Program-made: the position numbers and the translations under genes
Shown here: piece after piece, positions 32,892 through 42,554 of the stretch
Numbering within the stretch: position 1 is the first letter of the stretch
Layout: each line of letters begins with the position of its first letter
Source of the DNA: a virus
DNA: 64,000 bases
Reading direction: 5' to 3' (one strand)
IMG/VR virus record: IMGVR_UViG_3300014720_000002
Notes under the pieces: generated by a model
Database searches by the model: none
What the model was told of the DNA's origin: nothing
The model's input: only the letters and a program-made list of their open reading frames with translations

Positions 32892-33599
32892 ATGACCACG
32901 ATTCCCGTTCCCTACTCTCCCAGTTTCATCCGGGGCTTCACTGAGCGGTGCATGGCGCTGGGCCTGCCCGAGGAGGCGGCCTGCGAGCACTTCGCCAAGT
33001 TCGCCAACTGCCAGTTGCTCACCGACGGCGACATCGGCCAGGCGTTCGCGCAGACATTGAAAGCCAAATCCGCCACCGTCAGCACCCGCCACCTGACCCG
33101 GACACTCAACCCGGATGTGCTGGCTGCGGCGGTTTCGCTGCGCGTGTGGCATGGTGATGATCCGCTGTCCGATGCCATGCGCAAGGCCGCCGGGGCGCCT
33201 GATCCCGACGCCCAGACCGAATGGGACAAGCGCGATCCGCGGATCGTCAAGATCGCCACCACGCTTTCCGGCATGAGTGGGCAGTTCAATCAGATGCCGC
33301 TCAACCAGAAGCTCCTCATCGCCATGATGCTGGGCGGACTGGGTGGTGGCGCCTACCGGGCAGCCCAGCCTTCGGATGAAGACCAGGTGGCGGGGCGCGG
33401 GGTGACCAACCGGTTCGTCCGTGGCGCTGGTCGCGGTGCGGCCGTGGGTGCAGGCGCTGCGGCCGGCACCACGCTGGGGTCCGGACTGTCCGACTCCATT
33501 CACGCCAGCCCGGACTTCCGCATGCTGGCCGCTGCGCTGGGTGGCATCGGCGGCGGTGCCGTCGGCAACCGGCTGGTGGACGAAGGCCTGGGTCGCTGA
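32892..33599 (+). CDS. Gly-zipper protein with KxA sites (putative internal head protein)
   Basis: SFIRGF, FAKFAN, AKSAT, IVKIAT, then MLGGLGGGAY and GAGRGAAVGAGAAAGTTLG. Confidence 0.6.
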   Translation: MTTIPVPYSPSFIRGFTERCMALGLPEEAACEHFAKFANCQLLTDGDIGQAFAQTLKAKSATVSTRHLTRTLNPDVLAAAVSLRVWHGDDPLSDAMRKAAGAPDPDAQTEWDKRDPRIVKIATTLSGMSGQFNQMPLNQKLLIAMMLGGLGGGAYRAAQPSDEDQVAGRGVTNRFVRGAGRGAAVGAGAAAGTTLGSGLSDSIHASPDFRMLAAALGGIGGGAVGNRLVDEGLGR

Positions 33600-33605
33600 G
33601 CCGAC

Positions 33606-34052
33606 ATGCCTACCGAGATCCCATCCACCGACGACCGCGGAGGGGCCATCACCCCGGCCAAGGTGCGCATGTTCATGGCCGACCAGCAGGTGCGCCAGAA
33701 CCTGCTCGACATGGACCTGCAGTTCACGGAGCAGGAGATCGGCAACGCCATGGAGTCGGCGGCCATGGATTTCAATGAGATGGATCCGCAGGTGGTGTTC
33801 GTGACCGCCAGCACCATGCCCTACGGCATGTGCTTCCTGTTCGGCATCGGTTACTACCTGCTGCTGGCCAAGCTGCAGGAGTGGATGCGCTCCGACCTGG
33901 CCTACCAGGCTGGCAACATGACCGTGTCACCGCAGAGCAGACGCATCGACCACTTCAAGGAAATGCTGAAGCTGTTCCGCGAGGAGTTCGCCAGCCGATC
34001 CAAGGCGCACAAGCTGCGCATCAACATACACTCTGCGTTTGCCGCACTGTGA
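33606..34052 (+). CDS. Head-tail adaptor (neck) protein
   Basis: Helical 148-aa protein after the capsid block (ITPAKVRMF...FTEQEI...DLAYQAG), in the typical adaptor position. Confidence 0.55.
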   Translation: MPTEIPSTDDRGGAITPAKVRMFMADQQVRQNLLDMDLQFTEQEIGNAMESAAMDFNEMDPQVVFVTASTMPYGMCFLFGIGYYLLLAKLQEWMRSDLAYQAGNMTVSPQSRRIDHFKEMLKLFREEFASRSKAHKLRINIHSAFAAL

Positions 34053-34819
34053 GCGCATTCCTCAAGATCAAGGTGGTGCCGGCCTACGGCAACAACGAGA
34101 TTGCGGTGCTGTGGAAGACTGTGCCGGAACTGGCTGCCGCGCGCTTCTTCATCTACCGGTCGGATGATGGCGTGACGGGCTGGGTGCAGGTTGGCCAGGT
34201 GGACGGCGGCAGCTACTTCCTCGACCGGCTGGTTCCGCGCGGCAACCAGACCGACACCTACTACAAGGTGGTGCTGCAGGCTCCGGGGGTGCGTGAGGAT
34301 TCCGACATCGTGGCCACGTTCGGCGATGTGCCGCGCCGCGAGTTCGGCATGGCGGCGGTGATCCTGCGGGACGAGTTCACGATCCTGCGGCTCTGCCTGC
34401 CCATCAAGATCGCCCGGCTGCGTCACGGCGGGGCGCGCTGCCAGAAGTGCTCCGACAAGCAGACGGGGCAACGGCTGGCCACCACGCTCTGCGCACATTG
34501 CTTCGGCACTGGCTTTGCCGGCGGGTTCCATGCCCCGGTGGACAGCTTCATGCGCAAGCTCGACATCAGCCAGAAAGCCGTGGCGGCCAAGCCGGACGGG
34601 AACGGCACGCTGGACATGCAGGGCGTGAAGATGCGCACGCTGGCCCTGCCGCTGCTGGAGAAGGAGGACATGGTGGTGGAGCCGGATGCCGATCGTCGTC
34701 ATCTCGTGGATGTCGTGGACGTGCATTACGTCAACGGTAGGTTTCCCGTCCTGCAGGAGGCCACGCTGACCTTGCTTCCCCGCACGGATGTGCGCTACAA
34801 GTTTCCATTGACGTCATGA
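34049..34819 (+). CDS. Neck/head-closure protein with Fn3-like N-domain and Zn finger
   Basis: VLW...FFIYRS...YFLD...YYKV, then RCQKC...LCAHCFGTGF. GTGA overlap. Confidence 0.6.
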   Translation: MSAFLKIKVVPAYGNNEIAVLWKTVPELAAARFFIYRSDDGVTGWVQVGQVDGGSYFLDRLVPRGNQTDTYYKVVLQAPGVREDSDIVATFGDVPRREFGMAAVILRDEFTILRLCLPIKIARLRHGGARCQKCSDKQTGQRLATTLCAHCFGTGFAGGFHAPVDSFMRKLDISQKAVAAKPDGNGTLDMQGVKMRTLALPLLEKEDMVVEPDADRRHLVDVVDVHYVNGRFPVLQEATLTLLPRTDVRYKFPLTS

Positions 34820-35490
34820 GCGATGTGCTTGAATCGCCAGATTCGGTGATGCGCAACTTGGGCCGGCTGCCCAAGTCACCCACCAACCTGCGCAAGCTCT
34901 TCCTCCTGCTGACCAGGATGCACTACTCGGCACCGGAAAATTTCGGCGAGCTTGCTGATCTGCTGAGAAACTACGTCTGGAAGGCCGAGGAACCTCGTGG
35001 TCTGGACATCATGTTGGACTTCCAGTTCGACCGCAGCCAGGCGCGCACGGTGCCGGCCATTTACGTCGGCATGACAGATTTCATCTACAGCCGGCGGGTT
35101 ATTGACAACCACAAGGAGTTCACCGAGGACCGGTCGGGCCGGATGCAGGTCAAGTCCGTGGGCACCACGGTCATCCTTCGCCACACTTCTGCCTCGGCCG
35201 ACGAGGTGCTCAACCTGGCTGATCTGACCGCGCAGTTTTACCTGGGCGCCCAGGATCTGCTGCGCGAACAGGCCGGCTTCGCGCAGTTCGAGGTGCAGAA
35301 CCTCCTGCAGCCGAAAATCTTCAACCGGTCACCCGAGCAGTCCTATCAGCAGTTCGAGGCGGATGTCATCCTGGGGCTGCAGTTCGACGCGGTCTGGTGG
35401 ACCTTCACCGAGAGCCACCGGATCAAGCAGATCACCTTCAAGCAAAGTCTTGCGGAATTCGCCAGCCCCGCTAAAGTGTCCGAAAAGTAA
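34816..35490 (+). CDS. Tail terminator/completion protein
   Basis: Position between neck and sheath, size, and alpha/beta pattern. Confidence 0.5.
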   Translation: MSDVLESPDSVMRNLGRLPKSPTNLRKLFLLLTRMHYSAPENFGELADLLRNYVWKAEEPRGLDIMLDFQFDRSQARTVPAIYVGMTDFIYSRRVIDNHKEFTEDRSGRMQVKSVGTTVILRHTSASADEVLNLADLTAQFYLGAQDLLREQAGFAQFEVQNLLQPKIFNRSPEQSYQQFEADVILGLQFDAVWWTFTESHRIKQITFKQSLAEFASPAKVSEK

Positions 35491-35502
35491 TCTCGTCCCG
35501 CC

Positions 35503-38500
35503 ATGATCACTTCATACTCGAAGCCGCAGTTGACCGTTCGCCAGTTGCTCGACGTGGTGCTGCCCGTCACGCCCTCAGTGCGACACGCCTGCGTGCTCGG
35601 GCCGCAGTTCGACCTTCGCCGGGTGACCAACGCGGACGAGCGCGCCGCCATGAAGGGTGTGCTGTTCGCCGAGAACACCGACCCGGATCCCGCCGCGCGG
35701 CAGTTGGTCGCCTACGAGAACCTCCGCCCCGGCACCATCGTGGACCGTGCGTTCACCAAGCTCTACGCCGAAAACCTGGAGGGTCAGCTTTGGCAGGCCA
35801 GTTCTCCGGCCGTCAACGACCAGGTGAGCCAGGCGAAGTATGAGTTCCTCATCACCTCGCTGGCCACGCCCAACCAGGTGCGGGTCGTCCGGCGCGGAGC
35901 GCGCATCGTGGTCTTCTACGACGCCTACAGCGGCCAGATCAACGGTGCGGCAGTCATCTTCTCTGGCAGCGGTTATCCGCTGGCCAGCACGGTGGACGTG
36001 CCTGTGGCGGGCGGTTCTGGTTCAGGCGGCGTGCTGCGGCTCACCACCGACGCCAACGGCGCGGTGATCCTGGCCGTGGTGATTTCGCCAGGTGCCGGCT
36101 ACACCGCCAACATCGTTTTCGACGCTCCGGTGGCGACCGGCGCCAACGTCGGCGTGGATGACGCCACCCTGATCCCCGAGCTTCGCGGCCGACAGATCAA
36201 AGCCGGCGACGTGGTCTATACCACTTTCGGCGATGCCACGGTGCGTCGCACGGTGCGCCGGGTGGACAAGGAGAACACGGTGGCCAAGGCGGGTTCCGCC
36301 GCCGGCAGCGATGATGGCAAGATGGTGGCGTCGCCGCTCAACCCGATCCAGAGCGAAGCGGCCAGCTTCAACAACCCGTCGGCCCCGCCCAACTGGGACG
36401 TCCTGCTCAGCCACAACTCGGTCCTCAAGGCGACCATCAGCAATGCCGGCAGCGGCTACACCACGGCTCCGAACGTGGCGCTCTCGGCCCCGCCCAGCAT
36501 CGGCGGCGCGCTCCTCTGGGCCAATGCCCAGGCGCTGGCCTCGGCCACTGTCGTGGACGGCAAAGTGACCGCCATCTCCATCGACCATCCTGGCGCGGGC
36601 TATGTGGACGGTGGCGTGGTGACGCTGGTCATCAGCAATGCTGGCAGCGGATACCAGGCGGTGCCGACCATCACCCTCGCGGCACCTCCTTCGGGCGGTA
36701 TCCAGGCCAAGGCCGAGGCGATCGTCTCCGGCGGCCAGGTGACCGGCTACCGCATCATTGAACCCGGCCAGGGCTACACCAGCGCGCCGGCGGTCTCATT
36801 CTCGGGCGGCACGCCCACTGCGGCGGCCGTGGCCACCTCCACCATCGCGTCGGCTCCCACCATCACCTTCTCTGGCGGCGGTGGCAGCAATGCGGCGGCC
36901 ACCGTGGTTCTGCGCTCGCTGGCCTCCGACTGGAACGGTCTCAAGGAAGGCGCGATCTACGCGGGCCAGTATGGCGAGCGTTACGCCATCACCGTCGTCA
37001 AGGGCGGGTCGGATGACCAGGTGCCCCGGGTGCGTGTTCGCAGCCAGTCCGGCGGCTTCCTCGCCGACAACGTCGTGGTGCGCCGGCTCGGTAACGCCTA
37101 CGTGCTCAACCACGCCGTCTTTGGCGGACTGGTGCCTGAGCTTCGCTACATCGGTCTGGCCAGCACGGTTCCCCCGCTCAACCTGGGTGACCAGTTCAGC
37201 TTCGTGGTGTTCGGCAAATACAAGCCGCTCGACCTCATCGCTGGCGGTTCGGTTGCGTCCTACAATGTTCTCAGCGGCGGCACGGGTTACACGACTGGCA
37301 ACACCACTATCGAGATCAGCACGCCCCCTTCGGGTGGTGTGCAGGCCACAGCCACTGCCCAGATTTCTGGCGGTGAGTTGACGGGCTGCGTAATCGACAA
37401 TCCCGGGTCCGGTTACGTTTATCCGCCGGTGGTCAAGGTCAAGTCAACCCAGGTGAGCGGGACTGCCTCGGCTTCGTCCGAGGTGACCGGTTCGGAAGCG
37501 GCCAAGGCGTTCGACGGCGATCTGAACACCCTATGGTCTTCAACGGCCGATCCTTCCTCGGTCAGCGGCGGCGAGTGGGTCAAATGGGTGTTCGGCAGCG
37601 GCAAACAAATCACCGGTTACGCCATCGCGTTCCCGGTCAACAACCGGCCGCTGAACTTCGTCCTGGAAGGTTCCAACAACGGCACGACCTGGGACGTGCT
37701 CGACATGGTCAGCGGAAACACCAGCATGGCCACGGCCATCTCCCGCCAGTTCAGCAACCAGACCAGCTACACGCAGCTTCGGGTGCGCGCGACGGCGATG
37801 AACAGCGAGGGGCTCGGCGTGGCGGTGCCGTTCAAGATCCGCTCCTTCGACCTCAGCACCGCCAACGGCGACGCGCTCCAGGTTGGCTACGGCGCCATCG
37901 TCACCGCCAACCTCGCCACGCCGGCGGCCAGCCGCAGCATCACGCTGGTGGCTTCGGGCCTCTACCGCGGCACGGCGGACACCCGCTACCAGGTGACGGT
38001 CGTCTCCTCCGGTAACAACGCGGTGCCCACACCCTACAACGGGGCGGTGGTGCGCATCACCGACTCGGCGGGCATTGATGCCCTGCAGGAGATCGCGGTC
38101 ACCCAGGGGGTCGAGTATCCGCTCGGCACGCTGGGTCTGCGCTTCATCTTCCCAGCCCGGGATGCGAGCGTGCACACCCATCAGGTTGGCCTCCGCAAGG
38201 GTGACGTGTTCTACGTGCACGCCACTTCACAGAAAGCCAACGGCGCGGCCAGCATTCTGGTGCTCAACGGCCAGGCGGCGGACACGATGGAGTGGTCCGA
38301 CTTCGACCTGCCCATCAACAAGCTCAACATCGACGTCCGGGCGCTCTTCACCGGGGAACTGGTGGCCAAGCGCAACTCGGCGCCGCTGCTGGCCTACGAG
38401 GCGGGCACGGAGTCGGTGGGCGGCATTCTGGTGCGCGACACCCTCAAGCTCAAGTTCACCGACCGCGATGCCGACTACCAGTGGGTGCCGGCCAAGGCAT

Positions 38501-39882
38501 CGCTGGCGGGACGGCTCTTCGCGCATTACCGCGCGCTCGTGCCGGCGACCAGCGCCGACACGTTCAAGCTCTACGGCTCGGAGGCTGACCTCATCACGAC
38601 CTTCGGCAAGAACGACGCCGACAATCCGGTCTGCCACGGTGCGGTCATCGCGTTCCGCGCGGCGCAGACGAAGCCCGTCTATGTGGGCCGGCTGGCCAGC
38701 GACGACCGCGCCGGCTACACGGCCATGCTCCGCAAGGCCGAGCGCGTGCGCGGCATCTATGCCGTGGCGCTCATGACGTCCGACTACACGATCCAGCAGG
38801 ATCTCCGGACGCACTGCAACAAGGTGTCCACCGAGAAGGGCAAGCTCTGGCGCCGTGGCTACATTGGCACCGCCAATCCCGGTTCCTACCCGCTGCTCGT
38901 GCTGCAGGCGGATGGTGCCCTCTACGAGGCGGTCATCCTGGCCAATGGCTCTGGCAACGTCCGGGTGGTTTCGCCGGACGCGAAGTTCCTGACGTTGGGC
39001 GTGAAGCCGGGCGATCAGTTCCGCACCAACTACCGGGCGAACGAGTGGAACGACACGGTGTTCGACAGCTACGTGGTGGCCAACGTCCTCGAAGAGGATG
39101 AGCTTCTGCTGGAGACAGGTCCGGGCGCCGCGGTCAATCCGGCGGTGAAGTTTGAACTCTGGCGGCCGGACAACGGCCTTTCCCAGGCCGAGTTCATTGG
39201 CGGCCGGTCGGAGCAGTTCCTCGACCGCCGCGTCAACAACCTGTGGGTGGACAGCCCGCTCCGTCGCAATGTCGCCGGCAGCCTGCTCTCCCAGCCGCTC
39301 TGCTTCCTTGCTGCCGAGGCAGCGGGTCTCCGCTCGGTGCTCCTGCCGCAGCAGGGGCTGACCCGCGTGCAGTTCGAGCACTCGGTCACGGCCGCCCCGC
39401 TGATGTTCTCCAAATACTCCGACGAGGAACTGGATGTGGCCGCCAGCCGCGGCACGTTCATCGTCACGCAGGAGTTGGAGGACGGGCCGGTGTTCGTCCG
39501 TCACCAGCTTACGACGGATTCCAACCGCGGCATCCTCTACTACGAGGACTCTGTGGGTGCGAACCTCGACGACATGTCCTACAAGGTCGTGGACATCCTG
39601 GACCGCTACGTCGGCCGCCGCAACGCGGTGCAGGCCGTGGTCGAGGAGATCATGACCGACATGCGCAACCTGTTGGATTCGTCCAAGGACACCCCGTCGG
39701 CGGTGCCGGATGCGGGTCCGCAGATCGTGGACTACGCCAACCTCAAGGTCGCCATCGACCCTGTGCTCAAGGACACCATCAACGTGTCCGTGGACATCGA
39801 CTTCCCGCTCCCGCTCAACCATCTGCGGGTCACCCTGCGCGCCGCGCGCTCGCTGGGAGCGGAGAACACTGCAGCCGTCTGA
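35503..39882 (+). CDS. Contractile tail sheath protein (1459 aa) with inserted beta-repeat and discoidin domains
   Basis: N-terminal YSKPQLTVRQ...VLGP and a sheath-like C-terminus (LAAEAAGLRS...ELDVAASRGTFIVTQ...VRHQLTT...EDSVGANLD...YVGR...INVSVDIDFPLPLNHLRVTL), followed by the tube gene. Confidence 0.85.
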   Translation: MITSYSKPQLTVRQLLDVVLPVTPSVRHACVLGPQFDLRRVTNADERAAMKGVLFAENTDPDPAARQLVAYENLRPGTIVDRAFTKLYAENLEGQLWQASSPAVNDQVSQAKYEFLITSLATPNQVRVVRRGARIVVFYDAYSGQINGAAVIFSGSGYPLASTVDVPVAGGSGSGGVLRLTTDANGAVILAVVISPGAGYTANIVFDAPVATGANVGVDDATLIPELRGRQIKAGDVVYTTFGDATVRRTVRRVDKENTVAKAGSAAGSDDGKMVASPLNPIQSEAASFNNPSAPPNWDVLLSHNSVLKATISNAGSGYTTAPNVALSAPPSIGGALLWANAQALASATVVDGKVTAISIDHPGAGYVDGGVVTLVISNAGSGYQAVPTITLAAPPSGGIQAKAEAIVSGGQVTGYRIIEPGQGYTSAPAVSFSGGTPTAAAVATSTIASAPTITFSGGGGSNAAATVVLRSLASDWNGLKEGAIYAGQYGERYAITVVKGGSDDQVPRVRVRSQSGGFLADNVVVRRLGNAYVLNHAVFGGLVPELRYIGLASTVPPLNLGDQFSFVVFGKYKPLDLIAGGSVASYNVLSGGTGYTTGNTTIEISTPPSGGVQATATAQISGGELTGCVIDNPGSGYVYPPVVKVKSTQVSGTASASSEVTGSEAAKAFDGDLNTLWSSTADPSSVSGGEWVKWVFGSGKQITGYAIAFPVNNRPLNFVLEGSNNGTTWDVLDMVSGNTSMATAISRQFSNQTSYTQLRVRATAMNSEGLGVAVPFKIRSFDLSTANGDALQVGYGAIVTANLATPAASRSITLVASGLYRGTADTRYQVTVVSSGNNAVPTPYNGAVVRITDSAGIDALQEIAVTQGVEYPLGTLGLRFIFPARDASVHTHQVGLRKGDVFYVHATSQKANGAASILVLNGQAADTMEWSDFDLPINKLNIDVRALFTGELVAKRNSAPLLAYEAGTESVGGILVRDTLKLKFTDRDADYQWVPAKASLAGRLFAHYRALVPATSADTFKLYGSEADLITTFGKNDADNPVCHGAVIAFRAAQTKPVYVGRLASDDRAGYTAMLRKAERVRGIYAVALMTSDYTIQQDLRTHCNKVSTEKGKLWRRGYIGTANPGSYPLLVLQADGALYEAVILANGSGNVRVVSPDAKFLTLGVKPGDQFRTNYRANEWNDTVFDSYVVANVLEEDELLLETGPGAAVNPAVKFELWRPDNGLSQAEFIGGRSEQFLDRRVNNLWVDSPLRRNVAGSLLSQPLCFLAAEAAGLRSVLLPQQGLTRVQFEHSVTAAPLMFSKYSDEELDVAASRGTFIVTQELEDGPVFVRHQLTTDSNRGILYYEDSVGANLDDMSYKVVDILDRYVGRRNAVQAVVEEIMTDMRNLLDSSKDTPSAVPDAGPQIVDYANLKVAIDPVLKDTINVSVDIDFPLPLNHLRVTLRAARSLGAENTAAV
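37456..37840 (+). other. F5/8 type C (discoidin) domain within the sheath
   Basis: ASASS...AAKAFDGDLNTLWSS...EWVKWVF...ITGYAI...PLNFVLEGSNNGTTW...YTQLRV. Confidence 0.8.
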
Positions 39883-39906
39883 ACAGCAACCTGAACTCAC
39901 TGAACT

Positions 39907-40410
39907 ATGCCTGGCGATCTTGACTTCTTCGGCTACCAGCGGGAACTGGTCGGCCAGAACCACCTCATCTCCTCCGACTACACCTCGATCTTCATCCCGG
40001 CGCCCAACGGCAACGGGCGGCTGGGTCTGGTGCAGGGATCGCAGCTTACCTACGGCCACCGGGTCATGCCGCGGTTCGAGGGTGGCAGTTCCGAGCTTTA
40101 CTGGGTGACGGGCCAGCCCAGCGGCGCGCTTCAGGTGGGCCGCCTCGTCGGCAACAACGGCGTGCTGGCCAGCCTGCGACCCGAGTCCAATCCCGGCAGC
40201 ATCCGCAAGGCGGTGCTCAGTTCCGTGGAGTTCAAGGTCGGCCGTGCATCGCCCTTTGGCGCCACCACCAGCCAGGATGTGATCGTCCTGCGCGGGTGCG
40301 TCATGGAGAACGTCTCGTGGAATTTCAACGTCGACGGGCTGGACGTGGCCGAGAGCTTCAACATCCAGGCGGCGCTGGTGAAGAAGGCTTCCGGCGGTTT
40401 CGCCTCGTAA
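39907..40410 (+). CDS. Tail tube protein
   Basis: 167 aa, beta-rich, immediately after the sheath (LGLVQGSQLTY...ELYWVTG...GALQVGRLVG). Confidence 0.7.
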   Translation: MPGDLDFFGYQRELVGQNHLISSDYTSIFIPAPNGNGRLGLVQGSQLTYGHRVMPRFEGGSSELYWVTGQPSGALQVGRLVGNNGVLASLRPESNPGSIRKAVLSSVEFKVGRASPFGATTSQDVIVLRGCVMENVSWNFNVDGLDVAESFNIQAALVKKASGGFAS

Positions 40411-40505
40411 CCGGCAGACTTTCGGTGTAGAGGTTGTCTGTGGTTGGTTCCTTGTGTTCGGGCCGCCCAGGGGTGCATGACCTGGGCGGCCTTTCCATTT
40501 CGACA

Positions 40506-40544
40506 GCTTGACGCCAGGCTGCCAGACACGTTGACTTGAACCCG
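40506..40544 (+). promoter_or_regulatory. Putative promoter GCTTGACGC-N19-ACTTGAACCCG
   Basis: Near copy of the 11148 element, in the intergenic gap upstream of the spike gene. Confidence 0.45.
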
Positions 40545-40547
40545 CAC

Positions 40548-42554
40548 ATGAACTCCAAAACCCGGCAGAGCAACATCCGGCCTGGCGTGGTCATCGGCAC
40601 ACGGCTGCCGGGGCAGGTGGTCGAGGTGAAGATGGAGGGCGATGGCGAGGTGGTGCGCTGCGTGTGGGCGGCGGGCATCATGTGTGGCCTGCTGGGCTTC
40701 CGGCTGACCCACATTCCCACCATCAACACCCGCGTGCTGGTCCTGCATTCCGGCATGGAGCACGACTTCATCATCGGCACACTGCCCGCCTTGATCGTGG
40801 ATGGTGTCCAGCCTGATCGACGGGTGACTGGCAATGGCGCCGCCGACTACACGCGCACCGAACCCTTCACCGCCCGGCTGGACCCAGAGGAGGCCGGCTA
40901 TCTGGACCATCGTCCGCCGGTGGATCTGGTTGAAGGCGAGATTGACCTGTCCAACCTGCAGGGTGTCGGGCTGACGCTGCTGCGCCGGCTGGTGTCGCTG
41001 CAGGCCGGCGACCTGGCCCGGGTGGAGTGTCACCTGCACGACGACATGGTCCGGATCATCAGCGACGCCTTCAAGCACTACACCGCGTTCGGGGAGCACA
41101 GCATCACCAACGACGGCGGCCGTCTTAATGTGGTCTGGCATGGCACCAGCCGGGAGCACGAGGCGATGGGCCGGATGCGGGAGAACGATCCGCTGGTGAA
41201 TCTCAAGGACGGTGACACCGTGGACCAGACGGATGTGGATCCGGAAAAGGATGATGGTCGCTGGCGCTTCAGCCAGTATGTCGGCTGGCTGGGCAATTTC
41301 GTGAACATGTTTGTCACGGACCCGGTGAACCAGATCGGCCGGCTGGCTGAGGACGCGTTCCGCTCGGGCAAGGCGCGCGTGCATGTGGGCAACGACGGCG
41401 CCATCCTTCTGCAGTCGGTCAGCGACATCGTGCTGGAGAAGGTGGTCCGCATTCCGGTGCCCGTGCCGCTGCGGCGCGAGGACAGCGGTGACGGCAACCG
41501 CACGGACGACCCGGCGGCCAACTACGAGTTCCTCAAGGCCTGGCAGCCCTCCGACCAGAACAACGTGTTCGAGATGGCCTTCCAGTTGCGCGAGTATGCC
41601 CGCTGGCTGTCCGCCACCCACAGCCTCGCCCGGTTCCACCAGTTGAACCGGGAGTGGAAGGTGCCCAGCGAATCACAGACTCCGGCCCCGTCGCTGGGCG
41701 CCGATGAGGTGGACCGCAAGCAGGCCAACCTGCCCACGGCGTCCGCCAGCGTGGCGGCATGGCGGCTGGCCTACTCGGCCATCCGGATCTTCCGTGATGG
41801 CTCCATCCAGACTGTGGATGCCTACGGCAACAGCACAACAACCACCAAGACGGGTGTTCTATTCGACACGCCCCGGGACTTCACCTTCGTGGCGGGAGGC
41901 TCGTTCAATGTCCTGGCCGCGCGCGACATCAACCTGGTGGCGCAGAAGGATGTGGGCATCACCGCCGCCAAGGGGGCGGTGCGGGTGAAGGCGGAGACGG
42001 CCCTGCAGATGTTCGTCAAAACTGGCCACGCCGTCATCGAGACCACCGGCACCTACCTGCTCAAGCTGATCGGCGCGTTCAAGATCGGCACGCGCATGGA
42101 CGTGTCGAAGGAAGGTGACATGATCCTGCGCGGCACGCTGCACGCCGAGACCGCCTACGTTCAGGGCGATGTCATCGCGCGCTACATGGCCCATGCGACG
42201 CCGCTGGCTGGACCGTGGAACCACTACAACCATGTCGGCATCTCTGGCCCGCCGCCTATGCCAGTTGGACAGCCGGTCCAGGACGAGTTCAAGTTTCCCG
42301 CCAGCCACCCCGGAGAGGCGCTTTACGAACCCTACGGCCAGCAGATGCTTCGGCGCGGTGAACTGGGCGGAACTACAGCCTGGAACCTGGCGGACAACGC
42401 CGTGGAAGGAAAGGGTGCACCCTGGCCGGGCAGCAATCAATGGAAGCAGGCTGATGGTGGCGACGCCCTCAACACGCCTTCGACCGAAGCGGCACCGGCC
42501 GCCAAACCTCAACCCTTGACCAGCGCGCCCGTCGTGGTGCGCTCACCTGCATGA
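40548..42554 (+). CDS. Baseplate central spike (gp5/VgrG-C-like)
   Basis: N-terminal OB-fold pattern (GVVIG...VVEVK...PTINTRVLVL...FIIGTLP) and beta-helix repeats (DFTFVAGGSFNVLAARDINLVAQKDVGITA). Confidence 0.65.
   Translation: MNSKTRQSNIRPGVVIGTRLPGQVVEVKMEGDGEVVRCVWAAGIMCGLLGFRLTHIPTINTRVLVLHSGMEHDFIIGTLPALIVDGVQPDRRVTGNGAADYTRTEPFTARLDPEEAGYLDHRPPVDLVEGEIDLSNLQGVGLTLLRRLVSLQAGDLARVECHLHDDMVRIISDAFKHYTAFGEHSITNDGGRLNVVWHGTSREHEAMGRMRENDPLVNLKDGDTVDQTDVDPEKDDGRWRFSQYVGWLGNFVNMFVTDPVNQIGRLAEDAFRSGKARVHVGNDGAILLQSVSDIVLEKVVRIPVPVPLRREDSGDGNRTDDPAANYEFLKAWQPSDQNNVFEMAFQLREYARWLSATHSLARFHQLNREWKVPSESQTPAPSLGADEVDRKQANLPTASASVAAWRLAYSAIRIFRDGSIQTVDAYGNSTTTTKTGVLFDTPRDFTFVAGGSFNVLAARDINLVAQKDVGITAAKGAVRVKAETALQMFVKTGHAVIETTGTYLLKLIGAFKIGTRMDVSKEGDMILRGTLHAETAYVQGDVIARYMAHATPLAGPWNHYNHVGISGPPPMPVGQPVQDEFKFPASHPGEALYEPYGQQMLRRGELGGTTAWNLADNAVEGKGAPWPGSNQWKQADGGDALNTPSTEAAPAAKPQPLTSAPVVVRSPA

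Noticed and set aside
35449-35477. CTTGCGG-N16-TAAAGT promoter-like match upstream of the sheath
   Set aside because: It lies inside the preceding CDS with 16-bp spacing. It is plausible but not distinguishable from chance, so it is not listed as a feature.
39880-39906. Three TGAAC copies between the sheath and tube genes
   Set aside because: The spacing is irregular and the unit is short, which is compatible with chance.
19785-40059. Long minus-strand ORFs (e.g. 19785-21449, 21453-22715, 29162-30442, 38227-40059, and similar ones elsewhere)
   Set aside because: They are antisense shadows of GC-rich, codon-biased + strand genes, with no recognisable motifs and complete overlap with well-supported genes.
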